DNA of 35,198 nucleotides from Patescibacteria group bacterium (GCA_051747785.1 JBNJGN010000004.1:1-35198); one strand, 5' to 3'; counted from the stretch's first letter, positions 1-10,570 are shown. Numbers and translations: made by a program. Notes: a model not told the origin generated them from the letters alone.

Positions 1-10
1 ATAGCATATA

Positions 11-19
11 TGCTATACT
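11..19 (+). promoter_or_regulatory. Extended -10 promoter (TGcTATACT), probable leaderless murC transcript
   Basis: TGn-TATACT ends 7 nt before ATG 27; no Shine-Dalgarno. Confidence 0.5.
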
Positions 20-26
20 GTTTTTT

Positions 27-1343
27 ATGAGTTTTGTATTGGATCAGTTTGAGAATATTCATTTTTCCGGTATAGGCGGGATAGGCATGTCCGCTCTGGC
101 AAGGATGTTTTTGAGCAAGAATATAAATGTCTCAGGATCAGATCAGTCAAAGACAAAGATAACGGAATCTCTTTCCAAAGAAGGTGCAACTATTTTCTAT
201 GAAGAATCTAGGGGTAACATAAATGAATACTGCGATGCTCTTATATATACACCCGCGCTATCTGGCGACCATCCTGAGCTCGTAGAGGCCGCTGAAAGGA
301 ATATACCTGTTTTTTCTTATCCGGAAGCCCTGGGTTTCGTTTCCAAGGAGATCTTCACTATAGCCGTTTCGGGAACACATGGAAAAACGACCACCACTGC
401 TATGATAGCTCATATTCTGAAAGAAGCGGGAATGGATCCTACCGTTATTGTAGGATCTTTGCTGAAGGATTGGGGAGAAGGAGACGGCGGTTCCAATTTT
501 CTTGCCGGTTCGGGGAAGTATTTTGTGGTGGAAGCGTGTGAATACAAGCGTTCCTTCAATCATCTCCATCCCGATATATTGGTTATTACCAATATAGAGG
601 AAGATCATCTTGATTATTATAAAGACCTTTCTGATATTCAAGAGGCCTTCGGACAGATAATCTCCAAGGTCTCTCCAAAGGGAGCCGTGGTTTGTGCCGA
701 TAAGGACGAGAAAGTACGACCGATACTGAAATTATCAAAAGCGCCGGTATATGATTACAAAGAAATAGATATAAAGAAAGAATCTCTCAATGTTCCCGGA
801 GAACATAATCGTCTGAATGCCTTAGCCGCTACCACCGCGACGAGCGTCTTGGGTGTTCCTTCAAAGAAGGCTGTCAGTATTCTCGGTTCCTTTAAGGGTA
901 CTTGGAGGAGATTTGAGTATAAAGGCAAAACCTCCAAAGGAGCTTTAGTTTATGATGACTATGCGCATCATCCCAGTGAAATATCGGCCACTATCAATGC
1001 GGCACGTGACAGTTTTTGTGACAGTGATATCGTGGTTGTTTTTCAGCCTCATCTTTACAGTCGCACCGAAGCTTTTTTTGAAGAAATAGTGAATTCTTTG
1101 GCAAAAGCGGATAAGGTTATCATGGTGCCTGTTTACCAAGCCAGAAAAGAAAACCACACTCCTACTCCTTCTTCCTCACAGATAGCAAAAGCACTTAAAA
1201 GAAAAGGGGTAAACGCTTTCTCGGTGCGCTCTCTTGAGAGGTCGGCCTCCTTGGCTTTTGATATTTCCGGATCTGAAGACGTTGTTGTTATGATGGGTGC
1301 CGGCGATATATATACCGCAACAGAGCGACTATTGGAGAAATGA
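27..1343 (+). CDS. murC: UDP-N-acetylmuramate--L-alanine ligase
   Basis: GIGGIGMS, GTHGKTTT P-loop, EACEY, DHLDYY, DDYAHHP, VFQPH motifs. Confidence 0.95.
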   Translation: MSFVLDQFENIHFSGIGGIGMSALARMFLSKNINVSGSDQSKTKITESLSKEGATIFYEESRGNINEYCDALIYTPALSGDHPELVEAAERNIPVFSYPEALGFVSKEIFTIAVSGTHGKTTTTAMIAHILKEAGMDPTVIVGSLLKDWGEGDGGSNFLAGSGKYFVVEACEYKRSFNHLHPDILVITNIEEDHLDYYKDLSDIQEAFGQIISKVSPKGAVVCADKDEKVRPILKLSKAPVYDYKEIDIKKESLNVPGEHNRLNALAATTATSVLGVPSKKAVSILGSFKGTWRRFEYKGKTSKGALVYDDYAHHPSEISATINAARDSFCDSDIVVVFQPHLYSRTEAFFEEIVNSLAKADKVIMVPVYQARKENHTPTPSSSQIAKALKRKGVNAFSVRSLERSASLAFDISGSEDVVVMMGAGDIYTATERLLEK

Positions 1344-1401
1344 GACAATAAGGTTATAATGCTTTTCCGGATCAAATACTAAAATTAAACAAAGAATCTA
1401 T

Positions 1402-1728
1402 ATGTTCATGTCAAGATCAACATTAATAATAGTAGCGGCTTTTTTTGTAATGATAGTACCCTTTTTAGGCTTTCCCAGAAGCTGGGAGCCCAAGGTTCTA
1501 ATTATTTTGGGAGGAGTTATTTTATTAGTTGAGTTATACGCGGTTTTGACGCGTGCCCAGGAGGCCTTCTTTCGTGATTACGAAGTTAATACAGAGGTAT
1601 ACGCCGAGAGGATCCAAGGCAGGATCACGTCCAAGAAAAACAAAAAAGGAAATAATGAGGAAGTCTCTTCGGATGACAATTCGGATGAAGAAAATTTAAA
1701 AGAGTTAAAAGATAAAGAAAATGAATAG
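1402..1728 (+). CDS. Small membrane protein (2 N-terminal TM helices, charged tail)
   Basis: 108-aa ORF, two hydrophobic segments around PFLGFP; overlaps the next start. Confidence 0.7.
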   Translation: MFMSRSTLIIVAAFFVMIVPFLGFPRSWEPKVLIILGGVILLVELYAVLTRAQEAFFRDYEVNTEVYAERIQGRITSKKNKKGNNEEVSSDDNSDEENLKELKDKENE

Positions 1729-3028
1729 ATGGTTTTATATTATACTCCCGATTCTTTTGGTAGTGGTTTTCGCTTTGCTCGTTGTACGGTTTACGGGACT
1801 TTCTCTTTTCGCGCTCGGGGAAGTGGATTTAATGGAGGAGAAAGATAATAATACTTTAGCGGAAACATCTGAGGATACCGAGGAAGAAGAAAAAGACAAT
1901 GAAGGGAAGGACGAAGAAGAAGATGCGGAAGAAAAAGAAGAAAAAGAGACTTTCACTCCGCTGAGAGTTGAAACACCCGAAGAAGTAAAAGCACTTTATA
2001 TGACAAATTGCTATGCCGGAACCCCTTCTTTACGGGATGGTTTGGTGTCTCTTATAGAAAAAACGGAACTTAACTCCATTGTTATAGATATAAAAGATTA
2101 TACCGGTATGATCTCTTTTAAGGCCGAAGACCCCGAACTTGCTGATGCTTATGCCACCCACTGTCCGGTCAAGGACATGAGGGAATTCGTTTACGATCTG
2201 AATGAGAAGGGGATATATGTAATAGGTAGAATAACTGTTTTTCAGGATAAATATCTGGCCAACAAACGTCCGGATCTAGCTGTTCTCAGTGAGAGTGATA
2301 AAGAGGTATGGAAAGACAATAAAGGTATAAGCTTTACCGACCCTTCGGCGGAAGAGGTCTGGGATTATCATATTCGCTTAAGTAAAGAATCTTACCGATT
2401 GGGTTTTGATGAGCTAAATTTTGATTACATTCGTTTTCCTTCGGACGGACCGATGAATAATATATATTTTCCTCATTCCGAGGATAGAGATAAGGCTGAT
2501 GTTATGGAAGAGTTCTTTTTCCATCTGGAAAAAGAGCTTGAAGGTTTGGAGGTGGTAACTTCTGCCGATATTTTCGGTTTAACGACCTCAGCCAAGGACG
2601 ACCTTGGTATTGGACAGGTTTGGGAGAAGGTTCTTCCTTATTTTGATTATCTCTCTCCCATGGTTTACCCTTCGCATTACCCCTTCGGGTTCAAGGGGTT
2701 GGGAGACCCCAATGATTCTCCGTATGAGGTTGTCAAGTGGTCTTTGGATGATGCTGTAGACAGGACCGTTTCCGCCACTACTACGGTAAAGACCATCGGA
2801 GCCCAAAGAGTTGGAACTACCACGCCGGCGGTTTATGAAAAAGAAGTTTTTGATGAAGACGTAATAAGGCCCTGGATACAGGATTTCCGTTACGGCGGAG
2901 CTTATACGGCCGAAGACATTCTTCTGCAGGTAAAGGCCGTTTATGATTCCGGACTTGATTCTTGGATGTTGTGGGATCCGGCCAATAGGTATACCCCCGC
3001 CGCCTTACAGTCTGTGTTGGAAGAGTAG
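1721..3028 (+). CDS. Membrane-anchored putative glycoside hydrolase (DUF4015-like)
   Basis: N-terminal TM, acidic linker, then NSIVIDIKD, GFDELNFDYIRFP, SPMVYPSHY, RPWIQDF, WMLWDPANRY. Confidence 0.8.
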   Translation: MNRWFYIILPILLVVVFALLVVRFTGLSLFALGEVDLMEEKDNNTLAETSEDTEEEEKDNEGKDEEEDAEEKEEKETFTPLRVETPEEVKALYMTNCYAGTPSLRDGLVSLIEKTELNSIVIDIKDYTGMISFKAEDPELADAYATHCPVKDMREFVYDLNEKGIYVIGRITVFQDKYLANKRPDLAVLSESDKEVWKDNKGISFTDPSAEEVWDYHIRLSKESYRLGFDELNFDYIRFPSDGPMNNIYFPHSEDRDKADVMEEFFFHLEKELEGLEVVTSADIFGLTTSAKDDLGIGQVWEKVLPYFDYLSPMVYPSHYPFGFKGLGDPNDSPYEVVKWSLDDAVDRTVSATTTVKTIGAQRVGTTTPAVYEKEVFDEDVIRPWIQDFRYGGAYTAEDILLQVKAVYDSGLDSWMLWDPANRYTPAALQSVLEE

Positions 3029-3118
3029 ATATTCAGATCTCTTTTTCTTGATATTGCTTCCGGATGTTTTCGCCAAAATGTTCGGAAGTGTTATTATATG
3101 GGTATAAGAAATATATTT

Positions 3119-4888
3119 ATGAAGGACACTGATCCGGAAAAGGTTACTTATATAGGAGAAACTGATTCACGTAATAAGCGTAAGGTTTTTGGCATAAAGG
3201 CCAAGGACCGCTCTCGACATACATATGTTATCGGTAAGACCGGTATGGGTAAATCAACTCTTCTTGAGAATATGGCTGTTCAGGATATAAGGAACGGAGA
3301 GGGCTTGGCGTTCATTGATCCTCACGGCAAGAGTGCCGATCTTCTTCTTGAATATGTTCCTAAAGAACGGATGCAGGATGTTATATATTTTGCCCCTTTT
3401 GATGTTGAGAACCCCATAGCCTTTAATGTTATGGAAGATGTCGGCTATGATAAGCGCCACCTGGTTATGAGTGGTTTGATGAGTGCTTTTAAGAAGATAT
3501 GGGTAGATGCGTGGTCGGCAAGAATGGAGTACATTCTGGGTAATACCTTGCTTGCTCTTCTTGAGTATCCGGGCTCAACACTTCTTAGCATAAATAGAAT
3601 GTTCTCTGACAAGGAGTATCGTAAAAAAGTGGTTGATAATGTTACTGATTCAACCGTGAAAGCCTTTTGGGAAGAGGAGTTTGCTAAATACACCGATAGA
3701 TTTGCCGCCGAAGCCACACCGGCTATACAGAACAAGGTTGGACAGTTCACCGCTAATCCTTTGATAAGAAATATAATCGGGCAATCCACTTCCAGTTTTG
3801 ATCTCCGAAAAGCCATTGATGATAAAAGTATATTCATAGTTAATCTATCCAAGGGGCGTATAGGAGAAGTAAATGCCAACCTTTTGGGCAGTATTCTCAT
3901 AACTAAGCTCTATCTTTCTGCTATGTCTAGAGCAGATACTGCGGAGAGGGAGTTAAGAGATCTGCCCAACTTTTTTCTTTATGTTGACGAATTTCAGTCC
4001 TTTGCTAATGAATCTTTTGCCGATATTCTATCTGAGGCCAGAAAGTATAAGCTTAACTTAACAGTTGCTCATCAGTATATAGAACAGATGGCTGAAGAGG
4101 TCAAAGAGGCCGTATTCGGTAACGTTGGCACCATGATCTCTTTCCGTGTTGGAGCTTATGATGCGGAGGTGTTGGAAAAGGAGTTTGCTCCTAAATTTAC
4201 GGCAGAGGATCTTGTAAACTTGGGTTTTGCTCAGATATATCTGAAACTCATGATAGACGGTATAAGTTCTGCACCTTTTTCTGCGGTCACGCTGCCCCCC
4301 ATAGAGCCTCCGGAGATATCGGTTAAGCAAGATATTATTGAGTATTCTAGAAAGAAGTATTCATATCCTAGAGCGGAAGTGGAGGACTATATAAATAAGT
4401 GGTACGATTCAGCTAAAGAGAATATCTCTAAAGGGGAGGGAGGAAGTTCTGGTAATGACAAGAGTAAAAATAAAAACAAAAACAAAATACCACCAAAGAA
4501 AAAAGCTCCTCCTAAAGATGAAAAGGAAACGGAGGATGTCGGAGAAGAGTTAAGAAACGCTCTCTCAAAGGGTAAAAAATCTACGGACAAAAGTACTCCG
4601 GTCACGGATGATAATAAGACAGAACTTCGTGAGGCGTTGGCTTCTTTGGCAATGAAGGAATCTTTTTCTCAAAAGAGAGAAGGAAAAGGGGAAGGGTCAG
4701 AGAAAAAAGAAGATAAGGGAAAAGAAGCCGGAGATAAGACCGAGAGCAATGGCAAAGAAGAAAAGAATGATAGCCATAACTCTTCTGCTAATGGAGATTT
4801 TTCTAATGGCAAAAATATTAAAGAGGTTTCCAAAAGCGAACTTGAAAGAATATTAAATATAGAAGAAGAGGGACCGGATAAGTATTGA
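3119..4888 (+). CDS. VirD4/TraG/HerA-like P-loop ATPase with charged disordered C-terminus
   Basis: Walker A GKTGMGKS, IDPHG, Walker B LYVDEFQ, SEARKY, AHQY. ORF opens at 3098; 3119 preferred because TGtTATTAT abuts 3098. Confidence 0.85.
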   Translation: MKDTDPEKVTYIGETDSRNKRKVFGIKAKDRSRHTYVIGKTGMGKSTLLENMAVQDIRNGEGLAFIDPHGKSADLLLEYVPKERMQDVIYFAPFDVENPIAFNVMEDVGYDKRHLVMSGLMSAFKKIWVDAWSARMEYILGNTLLALLEYPGSTLLSINRMFSDKEYRKKVVDNVTDSTVKAFWEEEFAKYTDRFAAEATPAIQNKVGQFTANPLIRNIIGQSTSSFDLRKAIDDKSIFIVNLSKGRIGEVNANLLGSILITKLYLSAMSRADTAERELRDLPNFFLYVDEFQSFANESFADILSEARKYKLNLTVAHQYIEQMAEEVKEAVFGNVGTMISFRVGAYDAEVLEKEFAPKFTAEDLVNLGFAQIYLKLMIDGISSAPFSAVTLPPIEPPEISVKQDIIEYSRKKYSYPRAEVEDYINKWYDSAKENISKGEGGSSGNDKSKNKNKNKIPPKKKAPPKDEKETEDVGEELRNALSKGKKSTDKSTPVTDDNKTELREALASLAMKESFSQKREGKGEGSEKKEDKGKEAGDKTESNGKEEKNDSHNSSANGDFSNGKNIKEVSKSELERILNIEEEGPDKY

Positions 4889-4903
4889 TAGTGTTTCTTT
4901 ATT

Positions 4904-5926
4904 ATGACTTTAATAAAAGAAAATGTTGGGCTCGCTCCCTTTACCTCCTTAGGAGTTGGGGGATCGGCTAGTTTTTTTGCCTGTGTGAACTCAGTTGAAT
5001 ATCTTAAACAGGTTAACTCCTTTGCCAAGAGTAAGGGCTTACCTCTTACTGTTTTAGGAGGAGGATCCAATATAATTGTCTCTGATGGAGGGATTGATGG
5101 AGTGGTGGTTAAAATGGATATAAAAGGAATAAGCTGGACAGAAGAAGATAACAAAGGAGAGGTGTTTATGGAGGTTTTCGCCGGTGAGAATTGGGACGAT
5201 GTTGTTGAGGAGTCTGTTCGCAGGGGTTTTTATGGAATTGAGAATTTATCCGGTATTCCCGGAACAGCGGGAGCTGCTCCTGTTCAGAATATCGGTGCTT
5301 ATGGAGTTGAGGTTTCTGAGGCGGTAAGTTGTGTTATGGCTTATGATACAGAAAAAGAAGAAATGATCACTTTTAGTAAAGAGGAATGTCAATTTGGCTA
5401 TAGAGAAAGTATATTCAAAAGAACTCCCGGACGTTTTGTTGTTACATCTTTAGTCTTTATTCTTTCAAGGTCAGGTGAACCTGTTTGTTCTTATAGAGAT
5501 ATAGCAGAAAGAATGAAGGAAAATGAAAGCAGACCGGATCCGCAAACTATGCGGGAGATAGTAATTGATATAAGAGATAAGAAATTTCCCGATATGAACC
5601 TCTGTGGTTCTGCCGGCTCTTTTTTTAAGAATCCCATTGTATCCGTAGAAAGATTAAAAAAACTAAGGGGTGAATATCCGGGCATGCCTTCTTATCCGCT
5701 TGACTCGGATTACTCTAAGGTGCCCTTGGCTTGGATACTGGATAAGGTTTTGGGATTACGTGGGAAGCGTGAGGGTAACGTAGGTCTTTTTGAAGGTCAA
5801 CCTCTCGTTTTGGTAACTTACAGGAACGCCACTGCTTCCGAGGTGATCTCTTTTGCTGATAAAGTAAAAGATAAAGTTTATAAAAAAACGGGTTTGGAGG
5901 TTGAGTATGAAGTAGTTTTGTTATAA
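4904..5926 (+). CDS. murB: UDP-N-acetylenolpyruvoylglucosamine reductase
   Basis: LGGGSN, GIENLSGIPGTAGAAPVQNIGAYG, FGYRESIFK, SAGSFFKNP, LEVEYE. Confidence 0.95.
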   Translation: MTLIKENVGLAPFTSLGVGGSASFFACVNSVEYLKQVNSFAKSKGLPLTVLGGGSNIIVSDGGIDGVVVKMDIKGISWTEEDNKGEVFMEVFAGENWDDVVEESVRRGFYGIENLSGIPGTAGAAPVQNIGAYGVEVSEAVSCVMAYDTEKEEMITFSKEECQFGYRESIFKRTPGRFVVTSLVFILSRSGEPVCSYRDIAERMKENESRPDPQTMREIVIDIRDKKFPDMNLCGSAGSFFKNPIVSVERLKKLRGEYPGMPSYPLDSDYSKVPLAWILDKVLGLRGKREGNVGLFEGQPLVLVTYRNATASEVISFADKVKDKVYKKTGLEVEYEVVLL

Positions 5927-6167
5927 AGTGGTTTTCTCAGCTTGCTCTGTGATCAATAGAAAGACTATTTACTCTTAAAAGCAAAGTTGCAAATAGTATG
6001 TCTTTTTTCCAAAAGGAGAAATGTAGATAATGGTCAAGACCTCTTTCTAAAACGGCTTCGCGGTATGTAAGAGCCAGCTTCGTTTTTTTCAATGTATGAT
6101 CTTAACAAGAGATAACGCTTTAAAGCGGTTTCTTGTAGAGATGTGCTTAAATATGTATACTTGTGCC

Positions 6168-8660
6168 ATGGATTTTATAAAAAAACTTTTCGGAGACGAG
6201 TTTAGTCGCCCTATAAAAAAGTATCAACCTATAGTAGAAAAGATAAATAGTTTAGAAGAAAGTGTATCATCACTATCTGATGATCAGTTAAAAAGTAAAA
6301 CAGAGGAGTTTAAAAAGAGAATTACTGAAGGTGAGAGTTTGGATGACATTCTTCCCGAGGCTTTTGCTGTGGTAAGAGAGGTTGCCAAAAGAACCCTTTC
6401 ACAGAGACATTTTGATGTTCAGCTTTTAGGGGGTATTGCACTTCATAAAGGAACTATAACTGAAATGCGCACCGGAGAAGGAAAGACCCTTGTAGCTACT
6501 TTACCGGTTTATCTAAATGCTCTAGAGGGCAAAGGTGCACATGTGGTGACTGTTAACGATTATCTATCAAAAAGAGATGCGGTTTGGATGGGGCAGATAT
6601 ATGATTTTTTGGGTCTGTCGGTCGGTATTGTTGTTCATGATAATTCTTTTATATATGACAGTAGTGTCTTTGTTGACAAGGACGAGGAAAGAGATGAAAA
6701 GGGCTCCTTTAAGGTTATAGAGGAATTCTTAAGACCGGTAAATAGACCTGAGGCATATGGTGCGGATATTACTTACGGTACCAACAATGAATTCGGTTTT
6801 GACTATCTGCGCGATAATATAGAAACTGATGTGGAGAAACTGCGCCAGAGAGAATTTAACTATGCCATTGTTGACGAAGTTGATTCTATTTTAATAGACG
6901 AGGCTAGAACACCGCTTATAATTTCAGCTCCCGCCGCGGAAGCGGAGGATCTCTACGTTAATTTTGCCAGAATAGTTAAACAGCTGAAACCGGAAGAGGA
7001 TTATACTGTAGATGAGAAAAGTCGTTCCATAAATCTTACTCAACAGGGTATAAGTAAGGCTGAGAAGGCTTTAGGTGTTGAGAATATATATACGGAAAGA
7101 GGGATAAAGTATGTCCATCATTTGGAGACCGCCGTAAGGGCCAAGGCTCTGTTTCAAAAGGACACTGATTATGTTGTTCGTGATGGAAGTGTCGTTTTGG
7201 TAGACCCCTTTACTGGACGTCTCCAAGGTGGCAAGCGTCTTTCCGAAGGTCTTCACCAGGCCATAGAAGCTAAGGAAGGCCTTTCCATACAGAGAGAGTC
7301 CAGAACTTTTGCTTCTATAACCTACCAAAACTTCTTTAAGATGTATCCGAAACTCTCGGGTATGACCGGAACAGCGGTAACCTCTTCGGAAGAATTTTTT
7401 AGAGTTTACGGACTTTCTACTGTGTCTATTCCTACCAATAAACCCTCTCAAAGAGTGGACAGAAATGACCTTATATTTCAAACGGAACAGGGAAAGTTCA
7501 AGGCCGTTGCCAGAAAGGTAAAGGAGCTGAACAAAAAAGGTCAGCCTGTTCTTATAGGGACTGTATCTATAGAAAAAAATGAGGTTCTTTCTGAGTATAT
7601 GACAAAATACGGTGTTCCTCATCAGGTTTTAAATGCCAAGAATCATGAACGAGAAGGAGAGATAATAGCTCATGCCGGTCAAAAAGAGGCGGTTACCATT
7701 GCCACCAATATGGCGGGAAGGGGAGTTGATATAAAGTTGGGAGGCGTTGATGCTGGCGAGAAGGAGAGTGAGGAGGTTAAGGGTTTAGGCGGTCTGTATA
7801 TAATTGGAACTGAGCGCCATGAAGCACGGCGCATAGATGATCAGTTGCGAGGTCGTTCCGGAAGGCAGGGGGACCCCGGTGAGACTCAGTTTTATGTTTC
7901 ACTTGAGGATTCTCTGATGAGGGTTTTTGCCTCTGATGCTATGAAGAATATGATGGGTACTTTTAAGGTGCCGGAAGATCAGTCAATAGAGAATCGTTTT
8001 ATTACTCGCTCTTTAGAGAAAGCTCAGGCTAGAATAGAAGGTTTTCATTTTGATGCCCGTAAACAGATACTTAAGTATGATGATGTGCTTAGTCATCAGA
8101 GAAGGTCTGTTTATGATGAGAGAAAGAAAATTCTTTTGGGTGACAGGGATAAAATAGAGGACTTTATAGAACGAGCCAAGGAAGTTATGACACCAGAGCA
8201 AAAAAGCTCTCTTGAGGAGTTGCAAAACAATAATGACGAAGAAGCCTTTTATGAAATAGCTCGTAAGACTATTTTGCAGACCATCGATATCTTCTGGATG
8301 GAGCATTTGGAGATGATGAACTATACGCGCTCTAGTGTTAATTTGCGCGCTTATGGGCAGAGAGATCCTTTAGTTGAATATAAAAGAGAAGGACTAAGGC
8401 TTTTTAAGGAGATGAGAGAGGGCGTAGTTGAAGAGGTGGCGAACCTTCTGCCTTATGCCGATAGAGGGGTAAAGGAGGTACAGAAACCCTCGGGGCTAAA
8501 AGAGATACACAAGGCGGGTTCTGTACTGGCAGCGGCAGGCGGCAACAAGAATTCCGGAGGTTCTTCAGGTACTTTTGAGAACAAGGATGATAAAGTGGGA
8601 AGGAATGACCCTTGTCCTTGTGGTTCGGGCAAAAAATACAAAAAGTGTCATGGGAAGTAG
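6168..8660 (+). CDS. secA: Preprotein translocase ATPase SecA
   Basis: MRTGEGKT, VDEVDSILIDEARTPLIIS, ATNMAGRGVDI, RRIDDQLRGRSGRQGDPG, C-terminal GRNDPCPCGSGKKYKKCHG. Start 6168 preferred over 6096 (TATACT 6 nt upstream). Confidence 0.97.
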   Translation: MDFIKKLFGDEFSRPIKKYQPIVEKINSLEESVSSLSDDQLKSKTEEFKKRITEGESLDDILPEAFAVVREVAKRTLSQRHFDVQLLGGIALHKGTITEMRTGEGKTLVATLPVYLNALEGKGAHVVTVNDYLSKRDAVWMGQIYDFLGLSVGIVVHDNSFIYDSSVFVDKDEERDEKGSFKVIEEFLRPVNRPEAYGADITYGTNNEFGFDYLRDNIETDVEKLRQREFNYAIVDEVDSILIDEARTPLIISAPAAEAEDLYVNFARIVKQLKPEEDYTVDEKSRSINLTQQGISKAEKALGVENIYTERGIKYVHHLETAVRAKALFQKDTDYVVRDGSVVLVDPFTGRLQGGKRLSEGLHQAIEAKEGLSIQRESRTFASITYQNFFKMYPKLSGMTGTAVTSSEEFFRVYGLSTVSIPTNKPSQRVDRNDLIFQTEQGKFKAVARKVKELNKKGQPVLIGTVSIEKNEVLSEYMTKYGVPHQVLNAKNHEREGEIIAHAGQKEAVTIATNMAGRGVDIKLGGVDAGEKESEEVKGLGGLYIIGTERHEARRIDDQLRGRSGRQGDPGETQFYVSLEDSLMRVFASDAMKNMMGTFKVPEDQSIENRFITRSLEKAQARIEGFHFDARKQILKYDDVLSHQRRSVYDERKKILLGDRDKIEDFIERAKEVMTPEQKSSLEELQNNNDEEAFYEIARKTILQTIDIFWMEHLEMMNYTRSSVNLRAYGQRDPLVEYKREGLRLFKEMREGVVEEVANLLPYADRGVKEVQKPSGLKEIHKAGSVLAAAGGNKNSGGSSGTFENKDDKVGRNDPCPCGSGKKYKKCHGK

Positions 8661-8770
8661 CACGTTTTTGTAATTAAGATATAGATCCGAAATATTAAAA
8701 TATAGACAACCAAAGAGTAAGGGGTGAAACCCGTTTGATTGTCTTCATCTCTCTGTATTTGTAAATTTTT

Positions 8771-9427
8771 ATGATAGCCGGTCTTGTAGAAACTCTGGAG
8801 GTAATAATAAGGTCACTTGGAGTTTGGGGTGTTCTGGCTGCTTCTTTTATTGAGGAGATCGTTGCACCACTGCCTTCGCCGGTAGTGATGACCACTTCTG
8901 GCTTTTTCTTGCTTGAAGGCGATCTTTCTTTGCAGTTCATTTTTACGTTGGTTTTTGGGGTGGCTATTCCTTATGGTGTGGGAGTTACGCTTGGTTCTTT
9001 TTTCCTCTACGGGATATTTCGTGTTTTTGGAGAAGATGCGGTTAGAAGATGGGGTAGCTGGTTTGGTATATCTTGGAGTAAGGTGGAGGATATAAAGAAG
9101 AAAATGGATAGATCTAGATGGGATGAAGCTACGCTTTTTTTCTTACGGGTAATTCCGATCGTTCCCAGTGCCGTTCTTGCTTCGGTGTCTGGTCTGATAA
9201 AAATGAACTTTTTGAAGTACACTCTTATTACTTTAATTGGGGTTACTTTGCGAGCCTGTATGTTTGCGAGTTTGGGTTGGTACTTGGGAGAGGCTTATAG
9301 AAAGTATGCAAAAACAGTAGGGGAGATAGAGTCTATAATAGGGTACGGTTTTCTTTTCCTGTCTTTGAGTTTTTTGATCATTATGTTCATTTATACACAG
9401 GCAAGACGCAAAAATGTGATAAAATAA
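8771..9427 (+). CDS. DedA/VTT family membrane protein
   Basis: EEIVAPLPS, LRVIPIVP, SGLIKM, LGWYLG DedA-type motifs. Confidence 0.85.
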   Translation: MIAGLVETLEVIIRSLGVWGVLAASFIEEIVAPLPSPVVMTTSGFFLLEGDLSLQFIFTLVFGVAIPYGVGVTLGSFFLYGIFRVFGEDAVRRWGSWFGISWSKVEDIKKKMDRSRWDEATLFFLRVIPIVPSAVLASVSGLIKMNFLKYTLITLIGVTLRACMFASLGWYLGEAYRKYAKTVGEIESIIGYGFLFLSLSFLIIMFIYTQARRKNVIK

Positions 9428-9469
9428 CTTACGTAATTTAAGTAAAGCGTTCATACATATTAGGCGTTC

Positions 9470-10522
9470 ATGCTAACAGCAAAAGCACAACTAAGGTTCC
9501 TTCTGGTTCTTGCCTTAGCGGCAGTTCTATTATCTTTTTTTATAATACAACCATATCTACCGGCGCTTTTCTTGGCGGTGGTTTTTGTTATAGCCTTTAT
9601 ACCTGTACATCGATCTGTTCGCAGGATGTTAGGGGGAAGGCATAATCCTTCTGCAATGATAAGTACTCTTTTGGTTCTTTTGGTAATATTTATCCCTATA
9701 ACCTTATTTGGTTTTTTGCTTTTCCAAGAAACCCTTTCTCTTTATGAAGGAGGTGTTTCCGAAACAGCTGTAGCCGAAATAGTTGAAAATGCCACTCTCT
9801 CTTTGGAGGGTAAGTTATCTGAGTTTTTTCCGACTGCTGAAATAAACATACGTCAGTATACGGATATAGATGAAGCTATAGCCCAGGTACCGGCAACGGT
9901 TGTTAATTATTTTGACAGAATATTTGCAAGTATTTTGCGGATAGGAGTAGGACTCCTTTTAATGATCTTGGGAATGTTCTATCTGTTTAGAGATGGCGGA
10001 AAACTTATAGATAAAATAAGAAAGGTAAGTCCTCTTAAAAAAGAGTATACCAATACTATTATCTCAAAGACCGTGGAAACCGTTAATGCTGTCATAAGAG
10101 GACGCTTACTTGTAGGGATCATTCTCGGCTTTTTTATTGGAATAGGTTTTGCTCTCTTTGCTTTGCCTGGACCGGTCTTTTGGGGTTCAATTGCTGCCAT
10201 AGCCTCAATGTTGCCTTTACTTGGCCCTATGTTGATAATTATTCCCGCGTCTTTAATACTCTTTTCTATGGGTTCCGCTTGGTCGGCAATCGGTATACTG
10301 GCTTGGGGAATAATAGCTGTTATTGTGGAAGAATATTTGGGCGCTATACTCATAAATCAGCGAATGAATATTCATCCCTTTTTGGTTTTACTTTCCGTTA
10401 TTGGCGGAATGAGTTTTTTCGGTCCCGTGGGGTTTGTGGTTGGGCCGGTTGTTTTAGCTTTGTTGTTTGCTATACTGGAAATATATCCGCTTCTCACTAA
10501 GCCGGACGCGTATGAAAATTGA
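9470..10522 (+). CDS. AI-2E family transporter
   Basis: 350-aa polytopic protein; FYLFRDG, LPLLGP, IHPFLVLLSVIGG..FFGPVGFVVGP. Confidence 0.88.
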   Translation: MLTAKAQLRFLLVLALAAVLLSFFIIQPYLPALFLAVVFVIAFIPVHRSVRRMLGGRHNPSAMISTLLVLLVIFIPITLFGFLLFQETLSLYEGGVSETAVAEIVENATLSLEGKLSEFFPTAEINIRQYTDIDEAIAQVPATVVNYFDRIFASILRIGVGLLLMILGMFYLFRDGGKLIDKIRKVSPLKKEYTNTIISKTVETVNAVIRGRLLVGIILGFFIGIGFALFALPGPVFWGSIAAIASMLPLLGPMLIIIPASLILFSMGSAWSAIGILAWGIIAVIVEEYLGAILINQRMNIHPFLVLLSVIGGMSFFGPVGFVVGPVVLALLFAILEIYPLLTKPDAYEN

Positions 10523-10570
10523 TCTTATGCCGATGAATAAAATTATGATTAGAAATAAGACAAAACACTT

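Noticed and set aside
5927-6167. Riboswitch or sRNA upstream of secA
   Set aside because: Only a weak AT-rich stem (GACTATTT/AAATAGT); no recognisable family motif
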